Assembly: GCA_965205265.1 (NCBI GenBank)
Contig: CBDBGH010000003.1
Span: 3,072,001 to 3,136,000 of the forward strand
DNA: 64,000 nt
Source: Alphaproteobacteria bacterium
GTDB taxonomy: Bacteria > Pseudomonadota > Alphaproteobacteria > Bin95
Direction of reading: 5' to 3'
The position numbers and the translations under genes were made by a program. Of this stretch, positions 29,563 through 39,511 are shown piece by piece. The notes below the pieces were generated by a model, which saw nothing but the letters and a program-made list of their open reading frames with translations, searched no databases and was not told the origin of the DNA. Each line of letters starts with the position of its first letter. Positions within the stretch are counted from its first letter, which is position 1.

Positions 29563-30915
29563 TCAGGGCTCCAGCTTGCGGCGCAGCGCCTCGACTTCCT
29601 CTTCCAGCGCCTTGTCGTCTTCCATCAGCTTTTCGATCTTGCGCACGCCGTAGAGGACCGTGGAATGATCGCGCCCGAACTTGCGGCCGATATCCGGCAG
29701 CGAGAGCGAGGTGAGCTGCTTGGCGAGATACATCGCCACCTGGCGCGGCCGCGCGACGGCCCGGGCGCGCCTCGGCGAATCCATTTCCGCGGGACGGACA
29801 TTGTACCGCTCGCAGACGAGCTTCTTGATCGCCTCGACGGTCGGCGTGCGGTCGTTGACCGGCAGCAGGTCCACCAGCACCTTCTCCGCGCGGTCCACGG
29901 AAATCTCTCCGCCGAACTGCCGGTAATGCGACTCCAGCCGGTTCATGGCGCCCTGCAGCACACGCATGTTGGAGGCGATCCGCTCCGCCAGGAAGACCAG
30001 CACCTCCTGCGGCGCCGGCAGCGTCGTTTCGAACGCCTTGCGCTCGAGGAAGGCGAGGCGCAGCGGATAGTCCGTCTCAAGCGGCAGGATCGGCGCCGAC
30101 ACGCCGGTGCTCAGCCGCGAGCGGATCCGCTCGTCGATTCCCTCCAGGCCGACAGGCGAGGCGTTGCCCGAGATCACCATCAGGCGGCCCCGGCTTGCGA
30201 ACGCATTGATGATGTGCAGCAGCTCGACCTGGGTGCCGGAATTCTGGCTCAGAAGATGCACATCGTCGATCATCAGCACGTCGAAGGACCGGACCCTGCT
30301 CTTGAACTCCGCGACCCTCTTGGCAGTCGCCGCATCGATGTAGTGCTGGCGAAAATCGTCCGAACTGAAATAGAGGACCGGGCGGTCCGGGCGGTCCCGG
30401 CGCAGCCTCAGCGCAAGCGCCTGCATCAGATGGGTCTTGCCGAGGCCGACGCCGCCGAACAGGTAGAGCGGGCCGGACGGCCGCACATTGCCGTCCGCGA
30501 TGCCGAGGCAGAGGCCGTGCGCGAGCGCGTTCGACTCGCCGGCGATGAAGTTCTCGAAGGTGAGGAAGGACTGGAACGGCGTGGCGAAGTCGTCGAGGCT
30601 TCCATTGCCGGCCGGCGCCGGGCGCTGCGCCGGCTGGGCGGGCGCTCCCTGCAGCAGCGGCTTCACCTCGAAGCCGACTTCGGAGAGCGCCGGGTCCGCC
30701 TCGAACCAGAGCATGCGGATGCGCTCGCCGTAGCTGCCCTGCACCCGGTCGCGCATGAAGCGCGTCGGAAGCTGGATCGCGATGCCCTGCGCCCCCTTGT
30801 CCACCAGGGACATCGGCTTCAGCCAGCTCTTGAAAATCCCGTCCCCGTATTCGGCCTGGAGCTGGCCGCGGATTCGCATCCATTCGACCTGACGGTCGGG
30901 TTTCGCGCCCGCCAT
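29563..30915 (-). CDS. dnaA: Chromosomal replication initiator DnaA
   Basis: FKSWL, TFENF, GGVGLGKTHL, IDD, RIRSRL, RPRQVAMYL, SLPDIGRKFGRDHSTV. Confidence 0.95.
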   Translation of the reverse strand: MAGAKPDRQVEWMRIRGQLQAEYGDGIFKSWLKPMSLVDKGAQGIAIQLPTRFMRDRVQGSYGERIRMLWFEADPALSEVGFEVKPLLQGAPAQPAQRPAPAGNGSLDDFATPFQSFLTFENFIAGESNALAHGLCLGIADGNVRPSGPLYLFGGVGLGKTHLMQALALRLRRDRPDRPVLYFSSDDFRQHYIDAATAKRVAEFKSRVRSFDVLMIDDVHLLSQNSGTQVELLHIINAFASRGRLMVISGNASPVGLEGIDERIRSRLSTGVSAPILPLETDYPLRLAFLERKAFETTLPAPQEVLVFLAERIASNMRVLQGAMNRLESHYRQFGGEISVDRAEKVLVDLLPVNDRTPTVEAIKKLVCERYNVRPAEMDSPRRARAVARPRQVAMYLAKQLTSLSLPDIGRKFGRDHSTVLYGVRKIEKLMEDDKALEEEVEALRRKLEP

Positions 30916-30920
30916 GCCGG

Positions 30921-31331
30921 CTACTCCTGCTTCCAGGGCAGGCCGGCGGCCTTCCAGCCCCAGGCCCGGCCGCGATGGCCTTCCCCGTCCCGATCGCCTT
31001 CGAACCCTTCCGAGACGTTGTAGCAGGGGCCGAGGCCGCGCGCCGTCGCCGCCGTCGCCGCATGGGCCGACCGGACGCCCGACCGGCAGATGAACAGGAG
31101 CGGACCGCCCCGCGCGGCGGCCGCCACCTCATCCACGAAATTCGGGTTTATCCCCATGCCCGGCCAGACCTGCCAGGAAACCAGCGATGTTTCGCGCCCG
31201 AGCGGCGCCAGGTCCGGCAAGCCGACATACTGCCATTCCGGCAAGGTGCGGACGTCCACGAGGATGGCGTCCTCGGTCGACTCCAGCATCTCCCAGGCTT
31301 CTCGAGGCGAGACGTCCCCCGCATAGGTCAT
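30921..31331 (-). CDS. Rhodanese-like domain protein
   Basis: LVDVRTLPEW, FICRSGVRS, YNVSEGFEG, GWKAAGLPW. Confidence 0.9.
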   Translation of the reverse strand: MTYAGDVSPREAWEMLESTEDAILVDVRTLPEWQYVGLPDLAPLGRETSLVSWQVWPGMGINPNFVDEVAAAARGGPLLFICRSGVRSAHAATAATARGLGPCYNVSEGFEGDRDGEGHRGRAWGWKAAGLPWKQE

Positions 31332-31618
31332 CGGCGCTGTTCCTCCTCCCGACGCCCCGCCCGACAACCGGCCGTCCGGACCCTTGGGCGAAGGCGGTGC
31401 GGCCGCTCCCGACAGCCGCTTCCGTTCGCCCCGATCCGGCCGGCGGCCGACTTGGTGGGACGAAAAAAAGCTACCCGCCTCCAGCCCCGCCGCAAAGGGG
31501 GCCAAGCAGCGAACCCCGCCTCCGGACTCCCTAAGGCCTTAGCGAGGCGTAACAATTTTGTCGCAAAAAAATCCGCCGCTCGAAAGCGGCGGCGGAAGGT
31601 GCCCGTGCAGGTCTTGCG

Positions 31619-31884
31619 TCAGGCGTTCATGTCCTTGATTTTCTTGGACAATCGCGAAAGTTTTCGCTGCATGTATTGCGATGAAATTTTCCCTTCTGGG
31701 CGCCGCGCGCCATCTCCGGTTCGGCATTCCTGAGCGCGGCGCGCGCCCCTTCCCTGTTGCCGCCTTCTATCGCGGCCTCGACCTTCTTTATGAAGGTTCG
31801 CACGCGGCTGGCGCGGGCGCGGTTGCGGTCGGCGCGTCGCAGGTTCTGGCGAACCCGCTTTCTGGCTTGAATCGAATGGGCCAT
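31619..31884 (-). CDS. rpsT: 30S ribosomal protein S20, with a one-base deletion near 31665
   Basis: [13 protein letters not shown]...[15 protein letters not shown]...HRNT; adding one C restores [17 protein letters not shown] (88 aa). Confidence 0.92.
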
Positions 31885-31949
31885 GGTGTCGGTGGGTTTC
31901 CGTTCCGGTCGAGTTTGCGCTGGCTTATAGGACCGCCGTCCGGTTCCCG

Positions 31950-33062
31950 TCAAGCGGGCTCCGGCGCGCCGAAGCGACCCGCCGCCCATCTGTGGAACGC
32001 GTGGCTCGGTCCGTCCATGACCGGCGAGAAGCAGCCGCCGTCGAAAGCGGGCGAGCGGCGCCCCTGCTGCATCCGCTCGACGACGCCCACATCCTCTGCG
32101 AACACCTCTTGCCAGCGGTCGCGAAGCCGGTCCCGCGCCCCGCCATAAGCGGACGCCGCCGCCGCCGCCTCCAGGCACCAGAGCCGCGCATCCTCCGCCG
32201 TCAGGTCCGGGGCCAGCGGGTCGAGGCGCATGGCGAAGAAATGGTCCATATGCGCGCCCAGCAGCAGGTTGGGATAGAGGGCCACATATTCGGCGATCGG
32301 GCGGTCTTCGGCTGCGGGCAGTTCGCTGCGGGCCGCATAGCAATGCGACCCCTGGCCGGAGAAGGACGCCTCGACGATGGGATAGTGGTCGGCCAGCGGG
32401 GAAATGCGGTTCAGCTCCGGATGGATCCAGGGCAGGTGGTAGGCCTCGCAATAGTTCTCGACCGCAAGCTTCCAGTTGGCGCCGAGCCGCAGGCGGATCG
32501 GCTCGACGTCCGCCGGTCGGTAGCGCGCCAGCGGGAAGTGCCGCCACCGCGCCAGCAGCGGCGCGAGCCAGTCCTCCAGCGCAGGCGCGGCGCCGGACAG
32601 GTCCGCGAACACCATGTCGAGCCACACGGCCGCGCGCACCGGCACGAGCCCGCGTTCGCTCTTGCGGAAGCCCGGCGCCTCATGGCGGCCGACGCCGCCG
32701 ATATGCGGCGTGGCGCGCAGCCGGCCTTCCAGGTCGTAGGTCCAGCTGTGGTAGGGGCAGCGCACGGCGGTCCTGCCGCGTTCCGGCTTGTCCACAAGGC
32801 GGACGCCGCGATGGCGGCAGACATTGTGGAAGCAGCGGATTTCACCCTCGTCTGTCCGCACCAGCAACAGCGCCATACCCATCGCGTCCACCGGCATGAG
32901 GTCGCCGGGCGCGGCGAGGTCGCTCGCAAAGCCGATGCAGAACCAGCCCCGGCCGAAGAGGCGCCGGCGCTCGTCGTCGAAGGCGGAGGCTTCGGTGTAG
33001 CAGCGCCCGGGCAGGCCGCGCGCCGTCTCGATGGGCCTGAGGACACTCGCCAGGTCGTTCAT
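31950..33062 (-). CDS. Rieske oxygenase alpha subunit (choline monooxygenase-like)
   Basis: NVCRHRG...CPYH Rieske site; [19 protein letters not shown]; ED...QQG. Confidence 0.9.
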   Translation of the reverse strand: MNDLASVLRPIETARGLPGRCYTEASAFDDERRRLFGRGWFCIGFASDLAAPGDLMPVDAMGMALLLVRTDEGEIRCFHNVCRHRGVRLVDKPERGRTAVRCPYHSWTYDLEGRLRATPHIGGVGRHEAPGFRKSERGLVPVRAAVWLDMVFADLSGAAPALEDWLAPLLARWRHFPLARYRPADVEPIRLRLGANWKLAVENYCEAYHLPWIHPELNRISPLADHYPIVEASFSGQGSHCYAARSELPAAEDRPIAEYVALYPNLLLGAHMDHFFAMRLDPLAPDLTAEDARLWCLEAAAAASAYGGARDRLRDRWQEVFAEDVGVVERMQQGRRSPAFDGGCFSPVMDGPSHAFHRWAAGRFGAPEPA

Positions 33063-33179
33063 CTCGGGATCGCTCCGCCAGATTCGGGCAGGCTCGAGTC
33101 TGCCGCGTTGCGGGGGAAGTCCCGCGCCCGGATGCGACGCCGAACGGGCGGGAATGCGACCGCGAAGCCCGGTCGTCGT

Positions 33180-33563
33180 TCAGATGTCCCCCTCCGCCCC
33201 GGCGAGGACCACGACATAGCCGTCCGGGTCGCCGAGCCAGCATTCGCGGTGGCGGGCATTCGGATTGACATGCGGCTCCTCGAGAATGTCCGCGCCGAGC
33301 GCACGCGCGCGGGCGACCGCGGCGTCGAAAGCATCCGTGCGGAACCAGAGCAGCACGCCGTTGCCGTATGGCTTCGACGCCGGGTCGCCCATATGGGGAT
33401 GGTCGTGCGCGTCCCAGCGGTGAAGCTGGAGGATGAGCCGGCCGCCGGAAAGCAGCCGCTCGTAGTCCGGCCCGCCATGCCCGCTCTCGCATCCGAGCAG
33501 TGCCCGGTACCAGAGGCTGCTCGCCTCCACATCGGCCACGGCGATCGGAGGCTGCGGTTCCAT
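33180..33563 (-). CDS. VOC/glyoxalase family protein
   Basis: IAVADVEASSLWY, GNGVLLWF, DPDGY. Confidence 0.85.
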   Translation of the reverse strand: MEPQPPIAVADVEASSLWYRALLGCESGHGGPDYERLLSGGRLILQLHRWDAHDHPHMGDPASKPYGNGVLLWFRTDAFDAAVARARALGADILEEPHVNPNARHRECWLGDPDGYVVVLAGAEGDI

Positions 33564-33592
33564 GCGTCCTCCCTGCCCTCGCCCGGTAGCCC

Positions 33593-35185
33593 TCACACCC
33601 CTGTCAGGATCATCTCGGCGGCCTTCTCCCCGATCATGATGGAGGGGGCGTTGGTGTTGCCGGAGGTGAGGGTGGGCATGATCGAGGCGTCGGCGACGCG
33701 CAGCCCCTCCATGCCGCGGACCCGCAGCCGGTCGTCCACGACAGCCATCGGGTCCGAGCCCATCTTGCAGGTGCCGACCGGATGGTAGGTGGTCTCCGCG
33801 TTCTCCTTTACCCAGGCGATCAGGTCGTCGTCGCTCTCCAGCTTTTCACCGGGCGCCATTTCCTCGCCGACGATGCCTTCCAGCGCCGCCGCGCCCATCA
33901 TACGGCGCGTCATGCGCATGCCGCCGAGCGTGACGGTGCGGTCGAGCTCGGCGGAGAGGAAGTTGAAGCGGATTTCCGGCGGCGCGGCCGGGTCGGCGGA
34001 GGCCGCATGGATGCTGCCGGTGCTCTCCGAGCGCAGCGGATGGGTGATGACCGTGATCCCCGATTCCTTCGCCAGCTTGAAATTCGGCGTGGCGAGGAAA
34101 GGAATGAAAGACATCATGGCGTCGGGGCTCGCCAGCCCCGGCCGGGTGCGGATATAGGCGCGGACCGGCGAGGCCGGCAGGCTGAGCAGGCCGGTCCGGG
34201 CGCCCGCGAATTTCAGCGCCTGCCAGACGAGGCCGAGACCGCGGGCCCTGTCATTGTAGGTCAGGCCCCTGGCGGGGATGCGCCATTTCATGCGCGGCGC
34301 GTAATGGTCGCGCAGGTTCTCGCCGACGCCCGGCAGGTCGTGGACGACGGGGATGCCGAGCGCCTTCAGCCGCTCCGCCTGGCCGATGCCGGAGACTTCC
34401 AGCAATTGCGGCGAGGCGACGGCACCTGCGCTTACGACCACCTCGGCCCCGGCGCGGGCCTCGTGGACCTCGCCGCCGCGCCGGTAGCGCACGCCCGTGC
34501 AGCGCCGGCCTTCGAACAGCAGCGCCTCCGTCGCGGCATTGGCGCGGATGTCGAGATTGGGCCGCGAGCGCACCGGGTCCAGATAGCAATGCGCCGTGCT
34601 CATGCGCCGCCCGCCGGAGATCGACGCCTGCGTCATGGAGATGCCGTCCTGCGAGGCGCCGTTATAGTCGGGATTGTAATCGAGGCCGATTTCCTGCCCC
34701 GCCCGGATGATGGCGTCGTAAAGCGGGCCGCTTTCGGCAAGGTCGGAGACGCGGAGCGGGCCGTCCCGGCCCCGGTATTCGTCCTCGCCGCCGGCATAGC
34801 TCTCCATCTTGCGGAACAGCGGCAGCACGTCGCGGTAGGACCAGCCGCGATTGCCGAGCTGCGCCCAGCCGTCGAAATCCTCCGCCTGGCCGCGCACGAA
34901 CACCATGCCGTTGATGGCCGACGAGCCGCCGAGCAGCCGCCCGCGCGGCACGGGGATGCGCCGGCCGCCCGTGCTCTCCTCGGGCTCGGAGGAGTAGAGC
35001 CAATTGGCGGCGGGGTTGTCGATCAGGCGGGCGAAGCCGATGGGGACGGGCGACCAGGGATGGCTCGGCCGGCCCGCCTCCAGCAGCAGCACACGACGGG
35101 CCGGGTCCGCCGAAAGCCGGTTCGCCAGCGCCGAGCCCGCAGACCCCGCCCCCACGACGATATAGTCGAAACGCTCTTCCGCCAT
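33593..35185 (-). CDS. GMC oxidoreductase (choline dehydrogenase-like)
   Basis: DYIVVGAGSAG, GGSSAINGM, VGENLRDH, YHPVGTCKM, GNTNAP. Confidence 0.93.
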   Translation of the reverse strand: MAEERFDYIVVGAGSAGSALANRLSADPARRVLLLEAGRPSHPWSPVPIGFARLIDNPAANWLYSSEPEESTGGRRIPVPRGRLLGGSSAINGMVFVRGQAEDFDGWAQLGNRGWSYRDVLPLFRKMESYAGGEDEYRGRDGPLRVSDLAESGPLYDAIIRAGQEIGLDYNPDYNGASQDGISMTQASISGGRRMSTAHCYLDPVRSRPNLDIRANAATEALLFEGRRCTGVRYRRGGEVHEARAGAEVVVSAGAVASPQLLEVSGIGQAERLKALGIPVVHDLPGVGENLRDHYAPRMKWRIPARGLTYNDRARGLGLVWQALKFAGARTGLLSLPASPVRAYIRTRPGLASPDAMMSFIPFLATPNFKLAKESGITVITHPLRSESTGSIHAASADPAAPPEIRFNFLSAELDRTVTLGGMRMTRRMMGAAALEGIVGEEMAPGEKLESDDDLIAWVKENAETTYHPVGTCKMGSDPMAVVDDRLRVRGMEGLRVADASIMPTLTSGNTNAPSIMIGEKAAEMILTGV

Positions 35186-35266
35186 GCCGCTTTCCTCCCC
35201 CGGCACCCGTCCGTCCTTCGATTGTTGCCCCGGAGGCGGCCCGGGGTCCAGCCTTGCCGATCCGCT

Positions 35267-36088
35267 CTAACCGGCCCGGTCGCGGTGCTTCGCGAGGAAG
35301 GCAAGGAGTGCTGTATTGAACGCTTCGGGGCGCTCGATGTTGGTGAGGTGGCCGGCGCCTTCGATCTCCACGAATTCCGAGCCGGGGATGCGTTCGTGCA
35401 GCGCCCTGCCGATGGCGGGCGGGGTGAGCGTGTCGTGCTCGCCGTAGATGAGGAGCGTCGGGACCCGGATGCGCTCGATTTCGGCGGATCGGTCGAAGGT
35501 GAGCGAGGCTTCGATGGTCTTCAGGTAGGAGTCCTTGTGAAGGGCGGCGATGCTCTCCCACAGCTTCCGGCGCGCCGCACCGTCTGCGCCGGGCGCGACC
35601 AGGCTCTCCACCAGCGCATCCGCGATGTCGCGCGGCTCCCTGCCCGCCTTGAGCGGCGCCTGGCGCAGCCGGATGAATTCGGCGCGCTGTTCCGGCGTCA
35701 TGGACTCCTGGAAGTCCGCCCTCGTGTCGCACAGCACCAGGGTGGCGACCCGTTCCGGGAAGCGCGCATGGAAGTCCTGCGCGATCCGTCCGCCCATGGA
35801 GAGGCCGACGAAATGCGCCCGTTCCGCCCCGAACCGGTCGAGCACCCGAAGCGCGTCCTCGGTGAAATCGCCGAAATCGAGCGGGCCTTCATAGTCGTCC
35901 GAGCCGCCATAGCCGCGCGCATCCCAGGCGACGGCGTGGTAGCTGCCGCTGAGCGCTTCGATCTGCGCCGTCCAGTTCCTCCGGTTGCCGCCGATACCAT
36001 GGAGGAAGAACACCAGCGGGCCGGACCCCGCCCGGTCGAGGGCGAGCCGGGGCGTCCCCTCGACGAAGACCGTCTCGATGTCCGTCAT
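35267..36088 (-). CDS. Alpha/beta hydrolase
   Basis: LHGIGG, DARGYG, GLSMGG nucleophile elbow, GEHD, AGH. Confidence 0.9.
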   Translation of the reverse strand: MTDIETVFVEGTPRLALDRAGSGPLVFFLHGIGGNRRNWTAQIEALSGSYHAVAWDARGYGGSDDYEGPLDFGDFTEDALRVLDRFGAERAHFVGLSMGGRIAQDFHARFPERVATLVLCDTRADFQESMTPEQRAEFIRLRQAPLKAGREPRDIADALVESLVAPGADGAARRKLWESIAALHKDSYLKTIEASLTFDRSAEIERIRVPTLLIYGEHDTLTPPAIGRALHERIPGSEFVEIEGAGHLTNIERPEAFNTALLAFLAKHRDRAG

Positions 36089-36174
36089 GCCCGAACGCCT
36101 CCCTTCGTCGTGCCCGAACGCCTTTCCGGCAGGCTCAGGGGCAGTCCCCCCTCCGCCATGCCCCAACGTCCCCC

Positions 36175-36266
36175 TTCGTCATACCCGGACTTGTTCCGGG
36201 TATCCATGCGGCCCTCCGGCGGAAGGGGCGGCAGGAGATGCCCGGAACAAGTCCGGGCATGACGAA
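36175..36266. repeat. REP-like palindromic element
   Basis: ttcgtcatacccggacttgttccgggtatc ... gatgcccggaacaagtccgggcatgacgaa; inverted arms of about 30 bp, each itself a hairpin. Confidence 0.75.
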
Positions 36267-36320
36267 TAGGGGCCCGATATGGCTGGAAGTAAGCCGGACG
36301 ACGATGCTCTCCGGCCGCCT

Positions 36321-37748
36321 TCAGACCGAGAAGCCGCCGAGCTTGGTTTCCAGATATTCGGCGATGCCCTCATGGCCGCCCTCGCGGCCGAGGCCGCTTT
36401 CCTTGGAGCCGCCGAAGGGGGCGGCCGCGGCCGTCGGGTTGATGTCGTTGATGCCGACAATGCCGAATTTCAGGCCCTCGAACATGCGGAAGCCCTTGGC
36501 CATGTCGCGGGTATAGACATAGGAGGCGAGGCCGTAATGGGTGTCGTTGGCCATGGCGAGCGCCTCCTCCTCGTCCCGGAAGGCGATGATCGGCGCGACC
36601 GGCCCGAAGGTCTCCTCGCGGTAGATCTGCATGTCGGGCGCAACGCCGGAGAGCACAGTCGGCGCATAGAAGGTGCCCTTCGCGAGCGCACCGTCGGTCA
36701 TGCGGTGGCCGCCGCAGAGTACCTCCGCCCCGCGTCCGGCGGCGTCCGCAACCTGGCGCTCGACCTTCTCTATCGCCGCCTCATCGACCAGCGGGCCGAT
36801 CTGCACGCCGTCCTCCAGCCCGTTGCCGGCGCGCATGCGCCCGACGCGCGAGACGAACTCGTCCGTGAAGGCCTCGACCGCATTCTCATGCACGAAGATG
36901 CGGTTCGGGCAGATGCAGGCCTGGCCCGTATTCAGGAACTTGACCAGCGCAGCACCCTTGGCCGCGTGGACGGGGTCCGCATCCTCCAGCACCAGGAAAG
37001 GCGCATGGCCGCCGAGCTCCAGCGAAACGCGCTTCATGCTCGCAGCGGCGCGCGCGGCGATCGTCTTGCCGACCTCGGTCGAGCCGGTGAAGGTGATCTT
37101 GCGGACCCTCGGGTCGGTCAGGAACACGTCGCCGATGGGCGCGGGGTCCTCCGCCGTCACGAGATTGACGACGCCCGCCGGGACGCCCGCCGCCTCCAGG
37201 CACTCGAACACCTTGACCGCCGAGAGCGGCGTCGCCTCGGCGGGCTTCAGCACGATGGTGCAGCCGGCGGCGATGGCGGGCGCCACCTTCCGCGTCACCA
37301 TCGAAACCGGATAATTCCATGGCGTGACCGCAGCGACGACGCCCACCGGCTGGCGCAGCACCATGAAGCGCTGGTCGCCGCGCGGGGCCGGGATGGTCTC
37401 GCCATAGACGCGCTTCGCCTCCTCGGCATACCAGAGCAGGAAGTCCGCGCCGTAGCGCACCTCGTTGCGGGCCGCGCGCAGCGGCTTGCCCTGTTCGAGC
37501 GTCATGGTGCGGGCGAGATCCTCCGCCCGCTCGGTCATGATCTCCCAGGCGCGGTAGAGGATGCGCGAGCGCTCATAGGCCGTCCGGCCCGCCCAGCCGG
37601 GAAAGGCGCGCTCCGCCGCCTCGATGGCGCGTGCTGCATCCGCGCCGCCGCCGTCCGGCGCCTCGCCGATGACATCGCCGTTTGCCGGGTTCGTCACCCG
37701 GAAGCGCCCGCCGCCCGCCGCCTCGCACCACACGCCGTCGATGAACAT
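36321..37748 (-). CDS. NAD(P)-dependent succinate-semialdehyde dehydrogenase family
   Basis: TPWNYP, FTGSTEVG, LELGG, GQACIC, EETFGP, FGGSKESG. Confidence 0.93.
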   Translation of the reverse strand: MFIDGVWCEAAGGGRFRVTNPANGDVIGEAPDGGGADAARAIEAAERAFPGWAGRTAYERSRILYRAWEIMTERAEDLARTMTLEQGKPLRAARNEVRYGADFLLWYAEEAKRVYGETIPAPRGDQRFMVLRQPVGVVAAVTPWNYPVSMVTRKVAPAIAAGCTIVLKPAEATPLSAVKVFECLEAAGVPAGVVNLVTAEDPAPIGDVFLTDPRVRKITFTGSTEVGKTIAARAAASMKRVSLELGGHAPFLVLEDADPVHAAKGAALVKFLNTGQACICPNRIFVHENAVEAFTDEFVSRVGRMRAGNGLEDGVQIGPLVDEAAIEKVERQVADAAGRGAEVLCGGHRMTDGALAKGTFYAPTVLSGVAPDMQIYREETFGPVAPIIAFRDEEEALAMANDTHYGLASYVYTRDMAKGFRMFEGLKFGIVGINDINPTAAAAPFGGSKESGLGREGGHEGIAEYLETKLGGFSV

Positions 37749-37889
37749 GGCCCCGTTCCCCTCCGCTTTCCGTCGGCAAAAGAGGCCCTTACCCCGCCAG
37801 CGCCGCAGGCTCAAGGTTTCCGCCGCCGCTTGCGCCGGGCCGTTTCCCGCAACACCATGGAGGAAGAGGACCGGAAAGGGGATGGACCG

Positions 37890-38759
37890 ATGAAATTCGC
37901 GCTGCGCTATTGCAACACCGGACGCTACACCGACCCGGCGGAGGCGGTGGCCCTGCTGCAGGCCGGCGAGGCGGCGGGGTTCGAATCCGCCTGGACCATC
38001 GAGCACACCGTGGTGCCGAAGGGATACCGGTCCTCCTACCCTTATGCGGCCGGCGGCAGGATGCCCGGCGACGAGGCGGAGTTCGTAATGCCGGACCCGC
38101 TGATCTGGATGTCCTGGGCGGCGGCGCATACGGAGCGCATCCGCCTCGGCACCGCCATCCTGATCCTGCCGCAGCACAATCCCGTCGTCACCGCCAAGCA
38201 GGTGGCCACGCTGGACGCCATGTCGGGCGGGCGGATCGAGCTCGGCATCGGCGTCGGCTGGCTGCGCGAAGAGTTCGATGCACTCGGCGTGCCCTTCGAG
38301 GACCGGGGCGCGCGCACGGACGACTATGTGCATGCCATGCGCGAGCTCTGGCGGTCTCCCGCGCCGACCTACAGGGGCCGCTTCGTCTCCTTCGAGAACG
38401 CCTTCATGCGCCCGAAACCGGCGAACGGCACGGTGCCGATCACGGTGGGCGGCCACTCGAAGGCCGCAGCCCGGCGGGCCGGGCGGCTCGGCGACGGCTT
38501 CTTCCCGGCGCGCGGCGCACCCGAGGAGCTGTTCGACCTCGTGCGCGCGACGGCGCGCGAGCATGGGCGCGACCCCGACTCGATCACGCTCACCTGCTCG
38601 ATCCCGGACGATCTGGACGAACTGCCGCGCCTGACCGCGATGGGCGTCGGGCGCGTCACCGTGCCGGTGACCGGGGTTGCGGGCCTCGCCATGCGGGTGG
38701 ACGGACCGGAAGACGTGATGGCGTGGAAGGAAACCATCGAGCGCTACGCCGACCTCTGA
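37890..38759 (+). CDS. LLM-class (luciferase-like, possibly F420-dependent) oxidoreductase
   Basis: GFESAWTIEH, DPLIW, AKQVATLDAMSGGR, GVGWLREEF, RAGRLGDG. Confidence 0.88.
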   Translation: MKFALRYCNTGRYTDPAEAVALLQAGEAAGFESAWTIEHTVVPKGYRSSYPYAAGGRMPGDEAEFVMPDPLIWMSWAAAHTERIRLGTAILILPQHNPVVTAKQVATLDAMSGGRIELGIGVGWLREEFDALGVPFEDRGARTDDYVHAMRELWRSPAPTYRGRFVSFENAFMRPKPANGTVPITVGGHSKAAARRAGRLGDGFFPARGAPEELFDLVRATAREHGRDPDSITLTCSIPDDLDELPRLTAMGVGRVTVPVTGVAGLAMRVDGPEDVMAWKETIERYADL

Positions 38760-38776
38760 GCAGGCGCGGGCCCGGG

Positions 38777-39511
38777 TCACGCCCGGACGGCGGCGATCAG
38801 GTATTCGACATTGCCTTCCGGGCCGCGCACCGGGCTTTCCTCCAGACCGAGCACGGACCAGCCGTCCAGGCCGTCGAGCCAGGCGCGGACGGCCTCGCAG
38901 ACCTCCCGGCGCACCTCCGGGTCGCGCACGACGCCGCCCTTGCCGACGCGCGCCCGCCCGGCTTCGAATTGCGGCTTGACGAGCGCCACCAGATGCGCGC
39001 CGGGGCGGGTGAGCGCGAGCGGCGCGGGCAGCACCGTCCCGAGCGGGATGAAGGAGGCGTCGCAGACGACCAGATCGATGAGGTCCGGGACTTCGGCCGC
39101 CGTCAGGTAGCGGGCATTGGTGCGCTCCAGCACGCGCACGCGGGCATCGTTGCGCAGCTTCCAGGCGAGCTGCCCGCGCCCGACATCGACGGCCCACACG
39201 CAGGCCGCGCCGTTGGCCAGCAGAACATCCGTGAAGCCGCCCGTGGAAGCCCCGACATCCAGGCATATCCGTTCCCGGACGGGAATCGCGAAGGCGTCGA
39301 GGCCGTGCGCCAGCTTCAGCCCGCCGCGCGAGACCCAGGGATGCGCCCGCCCGCGCACCTCCAGCGGCGTGTCCGGGCCGATGGCATGGCCCGCCTTGTC
39401 GAGCCTTCGCGCGCCGGAATAGACCTTGCCCCCGAGGACAAGCGCCTGCGCCTGCGTCCGGTTTTCCGCGAGGCCGCGCGCGACCAGAATCCGGTCGAGG
39501 CGGTCCTTCAC
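38777..39511 (-). CDS. tlyA: TlyA family RNA methyltransferase
   Basis: S4 domain RLD; [33 protein letters not shown]. Confidence 0.94.
   Translation of the reverse strand: MKDRLDRILVARGLAENRTQAQALVLGGKVYSGARRLDKAGHAIGPDTPLEVRGRAHPWVSRGGLKLAHGLDAFAIPVRERICLDVGASTGGFTDVLLANGAACVWAVDVGRGQLAWKLRNDARVRVLERTNARYLTAAEVPDLIDLVVCDASFIPLGTVLPAPLALTRPGAHLVALVKPQFEAGRARVGKGGVVRDPEVRREVCEAVRAWLDGLDGWSVLGLEESPVRGPEGNVEYLIAAVRA

Noticed and set aside
31332-31618. oriC between rpsT and dnaA
   Set aside because: No DnaA boxes or clear AT-rich unwinding element.
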